Of a DNA stretch of 64,000 bases, positions 1-13,583 are shown piece after piece. The number at the start of each line of letters is the position of its first letter. Positions within the stretch are counted from its first letter, which is position 1. The notes beneath the pieces are model-generated. The model saw only the letters and a list, made by a program, of their open reading frames with translations, searched no databases and was not told where the DNA came from. Position numbers and translations under genes: made by a program. Source of the DNA: Octopus vulgaris (taxonomy: Eukaryota); the NCBI GenBank assembly GCA_951406725.2, contig OX597842.1, positions 31,992,001 to 32,056,000 on the forward strand, in the 5' to 3' direction.

Positions 1-984
1 CGATGTACTGCCTGACCTCATTGCCTCCTCTATTGCCTTAACTAGTTCCTTTTCTACTTTGTTTCTAGCACTAGCTAGTTCTTTGCTAAACCTAATTGAC
101 TCAAATTTGATGGCTCTTTTCAGGGCGTACCACCATTTATTGTTGATAATGGATCCGGTTAACGCCCTCATTACTAATTGTTTAATCCGATTCCTGTAGG
201 CTTCACAGTCCAATAGTGACTTGTTTAGCTTCCAGTAACCGGTACCTCGTCTACACATGCTATCTATGTCGAGCGTACAGGTCACTAATTTGTGATCGCT
301 GTAGCTGACGATATGGTGTTGTGGACAGCTAAGTATTTTCTTATCTTTCCTTCTAGTTATGATTCTATCGATATAAGATCTGGACGACCCGTCGTTTCTT
401 GCCCAGGTCCACTCTGGAGTGTCTGGATGGTCCAGTCTGAATCTATCTGCCAATTCGAAACGACTTAGCATATCGTTGAGGTGAGGTAATCCCCTCGTAT
501 TCTTTCTCGAGCCAACATAATCTACGCTTGCATCGCAAATTATGTTGAAGTCACCTAGCAATACTAACGTGTTCGACGTGCCAAGAAAATTCTCTAGGCT
601 TTTGAAATACTCTTTCTGCCCGGCTTTTCCTGCGCAGGGAGCATAGACAGCGACCAGCCTGAACACTTTACCACTGCTGTGCGTCACATCCAAAACGACC
701 AACCTGCCTTCCGGATCTATAAAGACAGTTCTAATCTCTAAATCCAGGTTTTTCCTGACCAGCACTGCCACTCCTCCTCCCCCTCCAGGTCGACAGGGAG
801 AAATGTATTTCTCGTAGCCGTTTAGAAGGGCCGAAAAAGCCTGCAGCCCACTCAGTCTGGATTCGGTAATTACCACTACATCCAAACGATGCGACCTAAG
901 GTCGTTAAGGAGGTAGCCTTGCTTCCAATACGACCCCAGGCCGCGAGTATTTATACAACCGAGTTTAAACGAGAATGTGAAAAT
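1..984 (-). mobile_element. L1/Tx1-clade LINE ORF2, N-terminal APE endonuclease domain (open frame runs off the window's left edge)
   Basis: Manual translation gives 328 stop-free codons: IFTFSFKLGCINTRGL...DVVVITESRL...GGGGVAVLVRK...DPEGRLVVLD...LVAVYAPC...LLGDFNIICD...LADRFRLDHP...WTW...SYIDRI...SDHKLV...GYWKLNKSLL. These are APE motifs plus the WKLN motif typical of L1/Tx1. The frame is absent from the ORF track because it has no stop inside the window. Confidence 0.93.
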
Positions 985-1003
985 TTAGTCGAATGTTTAA
1001 AAC

Positions 1004-1265
1004 TTACTGTTTTAACGGAAGAGAGGATGTAGTTTCACCCTCATCTTTTCTGTCTGTGAGTGTTGTGTTTTGCGAGGTCAGTTTTTTTGCGAATTGCTTG
1101 TACAGATGGCTTGAAAAGTTCATCTGTAACGGGCCTACATCCTCCGCTAAAGATTTTTTAATTTCAAAATAATCCGCGTTATCTATCGTATAAAATTCTA
1201 CATTTTCGGATATAATACTATTTATATCTGTTGCGATATATTTTTTCGCCGATTTCAGAAAATGG
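1004..1265 (-). mobile_element. Probable C-terminal end of ORF1 of the same LINE
   Basis: Non-repetitive open frame (HFLKSAKKY...SSLPLKQ*) ending about 20 bp upstream of ORF2 on the same strand. Its upstream part is replaced by the 52-bp satellite. Assignment is by position only. Confidence 0.6.
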
Positions 1266-4200
1266 GAGAGAGAGAGAGGGTTAAAGAATAAGAGGGAGAA
1301 TGAGAGAGAGGGAAATGCAGAGGGAGAGAGGGTAAGAGAATAAGAGGGAGAATGAGAGAGAGGGAAATGCAGAGGGAGAGAGGGTAAGAGAATAAGAGGG
1401 AGAATGAGAGAGAGGGAAATACAGAGGGAGAGAGGGTAAGAGATTAAGAGGGAGAATGAGAGAGAGGGAAATGCAGAGGGAGAGAGGGTAAGAGAACAAG
1501 AGGGAGAATGAGAGAGAGGGAAATGCAGAGGGAGAGAGGGTAAGAGAATAAGAGGGAGAATGGGAGAGAGGGGGAAATGCAGAGGGAGAGAGGGTAAGAG
1601 AATAAGAGGGAGAATGAGAGAGAGGGAAATGCAGAGGGAGAGAGGGTAAGAGAATAAGAGGGAGAATGAGAGAGAGGGAAATGCAGAGGGAGTGAGGGTA
1701 AGAGAAGAAGAGGGAGAATGGGAGAGAGGGAAAAGCAGAGGAAGATAGGGTAAGAGAATAAGAGGGAGAATGAGAGAGAGGGTAAGAGAATAAGAGGGAG
1801 AATGGAGAGAGGGTAAGAGAATAAGAGGGAGAATGGGAGAGAGGGTAAGAGAATAAGAGGGAGAATGAGAGAGAGGGAAATGCAGAGGGAGAGAGGGTAA
1901 GAGAATAAGAGGGAGAATGGGAGAGAGGGAAATGCAGAGGGAGAGAGTAAGAGAATAAGAGGGAGAATGAGAGAGAGGGAAATGCAGAGGGAGAGAGGGT
2001 AAGAGAATAAGAGGGAGAATGAGAGAGAGGGAAATGCAGAGGGAGAGAGGGTAAGAGAATAAGAGGGAGAATGAGAGAGAGGGAGATGCAGAGGGAGAGA
2101 GGGTAAGAGAATAAGAGGGAGAATGAGAGAGAGTGAAATGCAGAGGGAGAGAGGGTAAGAGAATAAGAGGGAGAATGGGAGAGAGGGAAATGCAGAGGGA
2201 GAGAGAGTGAAATGTAGAGGGAGAGAGAGTAAGAGAATAAGAGGGAGAATGAGAGAGAGTGAAATGCAGAGGGAGAGAGGGTAAGAGAATAAGAGAGAGA
2301 ATGAGAGAGAGGGAAATGCAGAGGGAGAGAGAGTAAGAGAATAAGAGGGAGAATGAGAGAGAGTGAAATGCAGAGGGAGAGAGGGTAAGAGAATAAGAGG
2401 GAGAATGGGAGAGAGCGAAATGCAGAGGGAGAGAGGGTAAGAGAATAAGAGGGAGAATGAGAGAGAGGGAAATGTAGAGGGAGGGAGGGTAAGAGAATAA
2501 GAGGGAGAATGAGAGAGAGTGAAATGCAGAGGGAGAGAGGGAGAATGGGAGAGAGGGTAAGAGAATAAGAGGGAGAATGAGAGAGAGGGAAATGCAGAGG
2601 GAGAGAGGGTAAGAGAATAAGAGGGAGAATGAGAGAGAGGGAAATGCAGAGGGAGAGAGGGTAAGAGAATAAGAGGGAGAATGAGAGAGAGGGAAATGTA
2701 GAGGGAGAGAGGGTAAGAGAATAAGAGGGAGAATGAGAGAGAGGGAAATGCAGAGGGAGAGAGGGTAAGAGAATAAGAGGGAGAATGAGAGAGAGTGAAA
2801 TGCAGAGGGAGAGAGGGTAAGAGAATAAGAGGGAGAATGGGAGAGAGTGGAAATGCAGAGGGAGAGAGGGTAAGAGAATAAGAGGGAGAATGGGAGAGAG
2901 CGAAATGCAGAGGGAGAGAGGGTAAGAGAATAAGAGGGAGAATGGGAGAGAGTGAAATGCAGAGGGAGAGAGGGTAAGAGAATAAGAGGGAGAATGAGAG
3001 AGAGGGAAATGCAGAGGGAGAGAGGGTAAGAGAATAAGAGGGAGAATGGGAGAGAGCGAAATGCAGAGGGAGTGAGGGTAAGAGAATAAGAGGGAGAATG
3101 GGAGAGAGGGAAAAGCAGAGGGAGAGAGGGTAAGAGAATAAGAGGGAGAATGGGAGAGAGCGAAATGCAGAGGGAGTGAGGGTAAGAGAATAAGAGGGAG
3201 AATGAGAGAGAGGGAAATGCAGAGGGAGAGAGCGTAAGAGAATAAGAGGGAGAATGGGAGAGAGCGAAATGCAGAGGGAGTGAGGGTAAGAGAATAAGAG
3301 GGAGAATGAGAGAGAGGGAAATGCAGAGGGAGAGAGGGTAAGAGAATAAGAGGGAGAATGAGAGAGAGTGAAATGCAGAGGGAGAGAGGGTAAGAGAATA
3401 AGAGGGAGAATGGGAGAGAGCGAAATGCAGAGGGAGAGAGGGTAAGAGAATAAGAGGGAGAATGAGACAGAGGGAAATGCAGAGGGAGAGAGGGTAAGAG
3501 AATAAGAGGGAGAATGGGAGAGAGGGAAATGCAGAGGGTGAGAGGGTAAGAGAATAAGAGGGAGAATGGGAGAGAGGGAAATGCAGAGGGAGAGAGGGTA
3601 AGAGAATAAGAGGGAGAATGAGAGAGAGGGAAATGCAGAGGGAGAGAGGGTAAGAGAATAAGAGGGAGAATGAGAGAGAGGGAAATGCAGAGGGAGAGAG
3701 GGTAAGAGAATAAGAGGGAGAATGGGAGAGAGGGAAATGCAGAGGGAGAGAGGGTAAGAGAATAAGAGGGAGAATGGGAGAGAGGGAAATGCAGAGGGAG
3801 AGAGGGTAAGAGAATAAGAGGGAGAATGAGAGAGAAATGGGAAATGCAGAGGGAGAGAGGGTAAGAGAATAAGAGGGAGAATGAGAGAGAGGGAAATGCA
3901 GAGGGAGAGAGGGTAAGAGAATAAGAGGGAGAATGAGAGAGGGGGAAATGCAGAGGGAGAGAGGGTTAGAGAATAAGAGGGAGAATGAGAGAGAGGGAAA
4001 TGCAGAGGGAGAGAGGGTAAGAGAATAAGAGGGAGAATGAGAGAGAGGGAAATGCAGAGGGAGAGAACGGTAAGAGAATAAGAGGGAGAATGGGAGAGAG
4101 GGAAATGCAGAGGGAGAGAGGATAAGAGAATAAGAGGGAGAATGGGAGAGAGGGAAATGCAGAGGGAGAGAGGGTAAGAGAATAAGAGGGAGAATGGGAG

Positions 4201-7160
4201 AGAGGGAAATGCAGAGGGAGAGAGGGTAAGAGAATAAGAGGGAGAATGGGAGAGAGGGAAATGCAGAGGGAGAGAGGGTAAGAGAATAAGAGGGAGAATG
4301 AGAGAGAGGGAAATGCAGAGGGAGAGAGGGTAAGAGAATAAGAGGGAGAATGAGAGAGAGTGAAATGCAGAGGGAGAGAGGGTAAGAGAATAAGAGGGAG
4401 AATGAGAGAGAGGGAAATGCAGAGGGAGAGAGGGTAAGAGAATAAGAGGGAGAATGGGAGAGAGGGAAATGCAGAGGGAGAGAGGGTAAGAGAATAAGAG
4501 GGAGAATGGGAGAGAGGGAAATGCAGAGGGAGAGAGGGTAAGAGAATAAGAGGGAGAATGGGAGAGAGGGAAATGCAGAGGGAGAGAGGGTAAGAGAATA
4601 AGAGGGAGAATGAGAGAGAGGGAAATGCAGAGGGAGAGAGGGTAAGAGAATAAGAGGGAGAATGGGAGAGAGGGAAATGCAGAGGGAGAGAGGGTAAGAG
4701 AATAAGAGGGAGAATGGGAGAGAGGGAAATGCAGAGGGAGAGAGGGTAAGAGAATAAGAGGGAGAATGGGAGAGAGGGAAATGCAGAGGGAGAGAGGGTA
4801 AGAGAATAAGAGGGAGAATGAGAGAGAGGGAAATGCAGAGGGAGAGAGGGTAAGAGAATAAGAGGGAGAATGTGAGAGAGGGAAATGCAGAGGGAGAGAG
4901 GGTAAGAGAATAAGAGGGAGAATGAGAGAGAGGGAAATGCAGAGGGAGAGAGGGTAAGAGAATAAGAGGGAGAATGAGAGAGAGGAAAATGCAGAGGGAG
5001 AGAGGGTAAGAGAATAAGAGGGAGAATGAGAGAGGGGGAAATGCAGAGGGAGAGAGGGTAAGAGAATAAGAGGGAGAATGAGAGAGAGTGAAATGCAGAG
5101 GGAGAGAGGGTAAGAGAATAAGAGGGAGAATGGGAGAGAGGGAAATGCAGAGGGAGAGAGGGTAAGAGAATAAGAGGGAGAATGGGAGAGAGGGAAATGC
5201 AGAGGGAGAGAGGGTAAGAGAATAAGAGGGAGAATGAGAGAGAGGGAAATGCAGAGGGAGAGAGGGTAAGAGAATAAGAGGGAGAATGGGAGAGAGGGTA
5301 AGAGAATAAGAGGGAGAATGAGAGAGGGAAATGCAGAGGGAGAGAAGGTAAGAGAATAAGAGGGAGAATGAGAGAGAGGGAAATGCAGAGGGAGAGAGGG
5401 TAAGAGAATAAGAGGGAGAATGAGAGAGAGGGAAATGCAGAGGGAGAGAGGGTAAGAGAATAAGAGTGAGAATGAGAGAGGGGGAAATGCAGAGGGAGAG
5501 AGGGTAAGAGAATAAGAGGGAGTATGAGAGAGAGGGAAATGCAGAGGGAGAGAGGGTAAGAGAATAAGAGGGAGAATGAGAGAGAGGGAAATGCAGAGGG
5601 AGAGAGGGTAAGAGAATAAGAGGGAGAATGAGAGAGAGGGAAATGCAGAGGGAGAGAGGGTAAGAGAATAAGAGGGAGAATGAGAGAGAGGGAAATGCAG
5701 AGGGAGAGAGGGTAAGAGAATAAGAGGGAGAATGGGAGAGAGGGAAATGCAGAGGGAGAGAGGGTAAGAGAATAAGAGGGAGAATGAGAGAGAGGGAAAT
5801 GCAGAGGGAGAGAGGGTAAGAGAATAAGAGGGAGAATGAGAAGAGGGAAATGCAGAGGGAGAGAGGGTAAGAGAATAAGAGGGAGAATGGGAGAGAGGGA
5901 AATGCAGAGGGAGAGAGGGTAAGAGAATAAGAGGGAGAATGGGAGAGAGGGAAATGCAGAGGGAGAGAGGGTAAGAGAATAAGAGGGAGAATGAGAGAGA
6001 GGGAAATGCAGAGGGAGAGAGGGTAAGAGAATAAGAGGGAGAATGAGAGAGAGGGAAATGCAGAGGGAGAGAGGGTAAGAGAATAAGAGGGAGAATGGGA
6101 GAGAGGGAAATGCAGAGGGAGAGAGGGTAAGAGAATAAGAGGGAGAATGAGAGAGGGAAATGCAGAGGGAGAGAGGGTAAGAGAATAAGAGGGAGAATGA
6201 GAGAGGGGGAAATGCAGAGGGAGAGAGGGTAAGAGAATAAGAGGGAGAATGAGAGAGAGGGAAATGCAGAGGGAGAGAGGGTAAGAGAATAAGAGGGAGA
6301 ATGAGAGAGAGGGAAATGCAGAGGGAGAGAGGGTAAGAGAATAAGAGGGAGAAATAGAGAGAGGGAAATGCAGAGGGAGAGAGGGTAAGAGAATAAGAGG
6401 GAGAATGGGAGAGAGGGAAATGCAGAGGGAGAGAGGGTAAGAGAATAAGAGGGAGAATGGGAGAGAGGGAAATGCAGAGGGAGAGAGGTAAGAGAATAAG
6501 AGGGAGAATGAGAGAGAGGGAAATGCAGAGGGAGAGAGGGTAAGAGAATAAGAGGGAGAATGAGAGAGAGGGAAATGCAGAGGGAGAGAGGGTAAGAGAA
6601 TAAGAGGGAGAATGGGAGAGAGGGAAATGCAGAGGGAGAGAGGGTAAGAGAATAAGAGGGAGAATGAGAGAGAGGGAAATGCAGAGGGAGAGAGGGTAAG
6701 AGAATAAGAGGGAGAATGAGAGAGAGGGAAATGCAGAGGGAGAGAGGGTAAGAGAATAAGAGGGAGAATGAGAGAGAGAGAAATGCAGAGGGAGAGAGGG
6801 TAAGAGAATAAGAGGGAGAATGAGAGAGGGAAATGCAGAGGGAGAGAGGGTAAGAGAATAAGAGGGAGAATGAGAGAGAGGGAAATGCAGAGGGAGAGAG
6901 GGTAAGAGAATAAGAGGGAGAATGAGAGAGAGGGAAATGCAGAGGGAGAGAGGGTAAGAGAACAAGAGGGAGAATGAGAGAGAGGGAAATGCAGAGGGAG
7001 AGAGGGTAAGAGAATAAGAGTGAGAATGAGAGAGAGGGAAATGCAGAGGGAGAGAGGGTAAGAGAATAAGAGGGAGAATGGGAGAGAGGGAAATGCAGAG
7101 GGAGAGAGGGTAAGAGAATAAGAGGGAGAATGGGAGAGAGGGAAATGCAGAGGGAGAGAA
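1262..7160. repeat. Purine-rich 52-bp tandem satellite, ~113 copies
   Basis: Unit GAGAATAAGAGGGAGAATGAGAGAGAGGGAAATGCAGAGGGAGAGAGGGTAA. The AATGCAG spacing is 52 bp (1320 to 1372). Confidence 0.97.
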
Positions 7161-8074
7161 AGTACATACACACATACATAAATACGTACATATAAACACG
7201 TACGTACATACACACAAACATACATACACACAAACATACACACATATATACATACACACACACATACAGACATAAATACATACATACATACGTGTGTATG
7301 TATGTATGTATTTATATGTCTATGTATGTGTGTATGTTGGTGTGTATGTATGTATTTATGTATGTATGTGTGTATGTATATATGTGTGTATGTGTGTATG
7401 TATTTATGTATGTGTATGTATGTGTGTGCGTATGTATGTATGTGTGTATGTATGTGTGTATGTTTGTATGTACATACATACACACATACATACATACAAA
7501 CATACACACATATATACATACATACATACATACATACACAAATACATACACACATACATACACACCTACATACTTACATACATACATACATACATACACA
7601 CATACATACATACGTACACACACACATACAAACACACAAACATACATACATACATACATACATACATACATACATACACACATATATACATACATATATA
7701 TATACATACATACACACATATATACATACACACATACATACATACATACACACACACATACATACATACATACATACACACATACATACATACACACATA
7801 CAGTACATACATACATACACATATACACACATACATACACACATATGTACATACATACATATATATATGCAGACATAAATACATACACACACACATTCAT
7901 ACATACATACATACACACATAAATACATACACAGATACATACATATACACATATACATACATACATACGTTCACACACATACATACATACACACATACGC
8001 ACATACATACACACATACATAAACTCTCCCTCTCTCTCTTCTTCTCTCTCTCTCCCTCTCTTCTCCCTCCCCTG

Positions 8075-8110
<36 letters not shown>
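7161..8110. repeat. (TACA)n/(TATG)n compound microsatellite with an internal inversion, followed by (CT)n
   Basis: TACA-type 7161-7290, TATG-type 7291-7470, TACA-type 7471-8020, CT tract to 8110. Confidence 0.93.
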
Positions 8111-8112
<2 letters not shown>

Positions 8113-8469
8113 CATCACTGAATGCTTTCATGGTATGTAATAGGCCTTCAAGCTCATTCTTGTCTTTGCCTAAGAGTTTTAAGTCATCCATACACAATAG
8201 ATGGCTTATTTTCTCATTGTCCATTTTATACCCGTACCCAGAACTTCATTTCTTTATTGTCTTTAAAACTGGTAGATATTCTATCGGTTTCTATAAGGGG
8301 AACAGCTATGTTATGACGATGTAAACACAGCAACACTGGTGGTCAAGTGGGGTGGATGGACAAACACAGACACAAAGACACACACACACACACAAATATA
8401 TATATATATAATAATGGATTTGTTCTATTATATAGGCAGCGCTGTGACAACCTGAGACGCTGGGTATAT

Positions 8470-10020
8470 ATTATACTTTTGGAATTTCTCTCTGCTTAAT
8501 TGACATTTTCATAATGTCTTTGTTATTTTTATGATCCACATTTCATGGTGTAATGATGAATATCTTGGAATCCCGTTCAGCTTATTTCTCCAGTTTTAGA
8601 ATTTAATGATAAAGTCCCCATGAAAAATTCCTTTCGTCTATCTCTCGTTATGAATATGGTAAGAATAAAACCCTTTAACCTGTAAAGGGAAGAATTTTAT
8701 AAAATTGTTCTATAAATTTGTCTCTGAAATTCATTTTCAGCAATGGTAGTCATAGCAACGTGGTTAAGAATCTAGCTTCACAACTCTGTGGTCTTGGTTT
8801 CAGTCCCACTGCATGGCACCTTGGATATTAAGGTATACAATATATATATATATATATATTATATTATATTTAAATACACGTATAATCAGCTACAAAACCT
8901 GACGTATGCAAATTTTAAAAATATATTCAATCTATCACTCATTAAGATCTTAAAAAATATAAAAAATTTACAGATACATAAATATATAAAAACATAATAT
9001 ACATGTATGGGGGAGAAAAACTATATTGAACTATAGAAATATATATTAAGGTATACATAGAAAACATTGTCCTACTTAAAGATGAAAGGTGTTGTTAAGG
9101 AATATGGAAAAATAAAAGTGAAAATACTTGCGAGAAAGTGAATAAATGGATGTTTTAAGCATGGAGGTTGGAGTATGCAATAATTAGATGGAGGTACTCC
9201 AGTTTAAATACTTAGGTGGTGATACTTCAACGGCCGTTTCAAGGGTACAGAAATCCTTAGAAATGAAGGATTATTCCTATACATATTTTAGACATTGCAG
9301 CTTTCATCATGGGAAGATATATTTAAATGCAGGAAAATGTATTTATATGTATATACATACAAACACACCCATACACTTACACACACACACACAAATCCCC
9401 TCAACTGAGAAGAGTCAACTGTTGCCTTTTGCGGGTGAAAGGAGTCAAAAGGCCTCGACTTTTTCCACATTTTCTTTTCGCAGTTGTTTCCCTTTGTACG
9501 TATTATCATTACGAGTTTTTCAGTTCTCTCCCTTTATTGAGATTTTAATTTTTTTTTAAAACAAAATGTTTGTTCTTTAAATTCTTCTGCAAAATCTAAT
9601 GTCTTATAACTTTCGTTTTTTAGAAGACAAAATTTCGCTGTGAAAACCATCCTTTCTGCAACTCATTATACTTTTGGAATTTCTCTCTGCTTCAATATCA
9701 TTTTCATAATGTCTTTGTTATTTTTATGATCCACATTTCATGGTGTAATGATGAATATCTTGGAATCCCGTTCAGCTTATTTCTCCAGTTTTAGAATTTA
9801 ATGATAAAGTCCCCATGAAAAATTCCTTTCGTCTATCTCTCGTTATGAATATGGTAAGAATAAAACCCTTTAACCTGTAAAGGGAAGAATTTTATAAAAT
9901 TGTTCTATAAATTTGTCTCTGAAATTCATTTTCAGCAATGGTAGTCATAGCAACGTGGTTAAGAATCTAGCTTCGCAACTCTGTGGTCTTGGTTTCAGTC
10001 CCACTGCATGGCACCTTGGA
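8470..10020 (+). repeat. ~355-bp direct duplication (8470-8825 and 9665-10020)
   Basis: Near-identical sequence from ATTATACTTTTGGAATTTCTC to GCATGGCACCTTGGA occurs twice. Confidence 0.93.
9222..9318 (-). ncRNA. Degenerate type I hammerhead-like motif in an AT-rich Penelope-like remnant
   Basis: Minus strand reads aTGATGA-AAG..(63-nt domain)..CTT-GAAAC-GGCC-GTT. Core C3 is mutated and stem I is only a remnant (CTTC/GAAG). Confidence 0.4.
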
Positions 10021-10392
10021 CAAATGTCTTCTGATATAGCCATGGGCTGAGCAAAATCTTGTGAGTGGAAGAGAGTCAGCCTTGATGAGATGCAGTTTGG
10101 TTTTGTGCCGGGGGAGAAACACTCGTGAAGCTATTTACCTGTTCAGGCCACGATTTCGTGGATGGAAGCAACATTTATTTGTGTGTCTGTGTTTGTCCCC
10201 CAAACCGTTTGACAGCCTGTTTTGGTATATTTATGTACCTGTAACTAAGAGGTTCAGCGAAATAGATGGATAGAATAAGTCCCAGGATGAACAAGAAATA
10301 TGAATTATCAATGGTGTCAATTCTATCGACGAAAATTCTTCAAAGCGCTGCCCCAGCATGGCCGCAGCGAAATGACAGAGTCAAGAAAAAGA
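9945..10392 (+). mobile_element. tRNA-derived SINE (octopus OR-like), diverged
   Basis: GTGGTTAAG...GGTTTCAGTCCCACTGCATGGCACCTTGG...GTGAGTGGA...CCCCAGCATGGCCGCAG, colinear with the fuller copy at 40789. Confidence 0.8.
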
Positions 10393-10654
10393 TTTTTAAA
10401 AATGTGTGAGTGCGTGTGTATGTGTATGTGTGAGCATGCGTGTGTGCGTATGTGTTTGGAAGATGTCCATGTTTATACTGTGTAACTTCAAACACGCCTC
10501 TACAACCCACAACAGTTCAAAAAAGAGAGACAGAGTCGCAGAGAAAAGGGGAAAGTGTTCTTTGCATTTGAAAACCCTGGAAATATTTCTTTAAAAACCA
10601 TTTCAGACGGATAGGTACATAGGTTACAAGAACAGACACATATGGAGACACGGA

Positions 10655-11063
10655 TCCACACATATAAAGATGCACATCCATACATACAAACATGGTACAT
10701 AGTTACATAACACACACACACACACACACACACAGATATGCACACACAAGGAGACAGAGGTGCATACATATACAAACACACGCTCACACACGCATACATA
10801 GAAAATACACAAACACGGACGGGCAAGCACATAAATATGCAGGATACGTACATACAGATGCACACACATACATACATATGCATGCACACACATACATACA
10901 TATGCATGCACACACATACATACATATGCATGCACACACATATATACATATGCATGCACACACATACATACATATGCATGCACACACATACATACATATG
11001 CATGCACACACATATATACATACATACACATGCAAACACACACACACATACGTACATGTATAG

Positions 11064-11099
<36 letters not shown>

Positions 11100-11120
11100 A
11101 CCCACACACATGCGCACAAA
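10655..11120. repeat. CA-rich microsatellite with an embedded ~24-bp minisatellite (CACACACATACATACATATGCATG x ~7)
   Basis: Direct inspection of 10858-11035. Confidence 0.85.
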
Positions 11121-11442
11121 CAAACAAAAGGGAACGCAGTGTAAATAAGGGACAGAGTCAAAACTATTGAAAAGGTTGCAAGACGCAACGAAAATTTTAG
11201 GAAAATAAAAATAAGAAATGAGTGGAAATTTTACCGGTGAGTGTGTTAAATAATAAGGTACTAAAAGAGAATGACCCTCCCCAGACACAACAGATTGCGC
11301 ATGGGACCATAATACCCCCACATTCAGACTGTGACCCACATTGGCACTTGATAGCTTGTCCTGGCTTGTCTCTGGATCATGTCAATACTTATATATATAT
11401 ATACATACATGCATAGAATGTATATATATCTATCTATCTATC

Positions 11443-11542
<100 letters not shown>

Positions 11543-12358
11543 TATAAATACATATGCATACATAATATATATATATATATATATATATACACAAAATATA
11601 AATATGTATATATAGAATGTATACACAATATATATATGAAATAATTGTATATACACACATATATATACACACACAATATATATATATATGTATGTGTGTA
11701 TGTATATATAAATAAATACATATACATGCATATTTATGTGTGTGTATATATATATATATATTTTATGATCTAAAATGCTCCAGCTAGGGCGTGGTTGAAA
11801 AAATCTTACGAAATTGAACCATATTCATTATTGAATAGAAATCTAATCTGTTTCACCTCTAAATATTTAACTTCCTAAGTAATGCGGCAACGTGACTTAA
11901 CTATGAAAGGGAGAAGTAGAGACTAAGAGTGAGAGGGTGGGGAGGGAGAGAGAGAGGCAGACAGACAGGCAGAGGGTGGGTGCAATATAGCATAGAGAGA
12001 TATAACAACGCAACAACTAAAAAATATCGGACAATGATTTTAACAAATTAAAGAAAAGGCAGACACAGACATACATTTGGATGAGTGTATATAATACTTA
12101 TATACATGTATATATATATATGTGTGTGTGTATACATATATTTACATGTATATCTATATATATAGATATATATATATACATATACATACATAATATATAT
12201 ATATACACACAATATATATATGAAATAATTGTATAAACATATATGTACATGTATGTCTATATATATGTGTATGTATGTGTGTGTATATATATATATAGAT
12301 ATATATATATATATATATATAACGGGAAGCTTTATGAAAATAGACAAAAGACAAAGGC

Positions 12359-12495
<137 letters not shown>

Positions 12496-13021
12496 CGTAG
12501 ATAAACACACAGAGAGACAGATAGATATACATATATATAGAAGGTGGGCCGCTCATATACACAACAAAGTTAACATGGTCAGCAGAATGTGTTCCAGGAT
12601 TCTCAGATTTTTCCAGTCGAGAGATATCCTGATATCCTCACCATTATCCTTCTCTTCTCCAAATAACAATTTGGCACAATTATTTCACATCAAGTGGCCC
12701 CACTCTCTTTAACATGATATCAAAACACATTAAAGCAGAAACAGACCCCATAAAGTTCAAGAAGTCTCTGGAAAAATTCCTTCAAAAAATCCCGAATAAA
12801 CTTTGTTTACCAAGATATGTCTCTGTAAACTATGACTCTCTACTTGGGGGGAACATGGTGTCCGAATTCTGATATGACTAACATCGCAAGGTGTATATAT
12901 ATATATATTTATATATATATATATATATACACACATATATACATGTACATACATACATATATATATATATATATGTGTGTATATATATAAATGTATATAT
13001 AGATATATGGCCGTATATATG

Positions 13022-13071
<50 letters not shown>

Positions 13072-13271
13072 TGGCCGTTTGCCAGCTCTGTCTGGCACCT
13101 GTGCGGGTGGCACGTAAAAAGCACCCACTACACTCACGGAGTGGTTGGCGTTAGGAAGGGCATCCAGCCATAGAAACACTGCCAGATCTGACTGGGCTTG
13201 ATGAAGCCTTCCAGCTTCACAGACCCCAGTTGAACCGTCCAACCCATGCTAGCATGGAAAACGGACGCTAA

Positions 13272-13300
<29 letters not shown>
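13072..13300 (+). mobile_element. SINE 3' portion with (ATG)n tail (family A)
   Basis: GGCACGTAAAAAGCACCCACTACACTCACGGAGTGGTTGGCGTTAGGAAGGGCATCCAGC...AACCCATGCTAGCATGGAAAACGGACGCTAAATGATGATG. A duplicated copy lies at 16773-16996. Confidence 0.85.
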
Positions 13301-13302
<2 letters not shown>

Positions 13303-13498
13303 CATACACACATATACATACATATACACATATACATACATATATACATGTATATACATATATACATATACACATATACATATATATGTATATATATATA
13401 TATATATACATATACACACACACATATATATATACATTTTTATATATATATCTACATATACATACATATATTTATAAATATATTATCATTATATATAT

Positions 13499-13583
<85 letters not shown>

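Noticed and set aside
1004-7555. 1100-2183-aa ORFs on the minus strand
   Set aside because: These are translations of a stop-free 52-bp satellite. The same 52-aa period appears in all three frames, and the starts lie in microsatellite.
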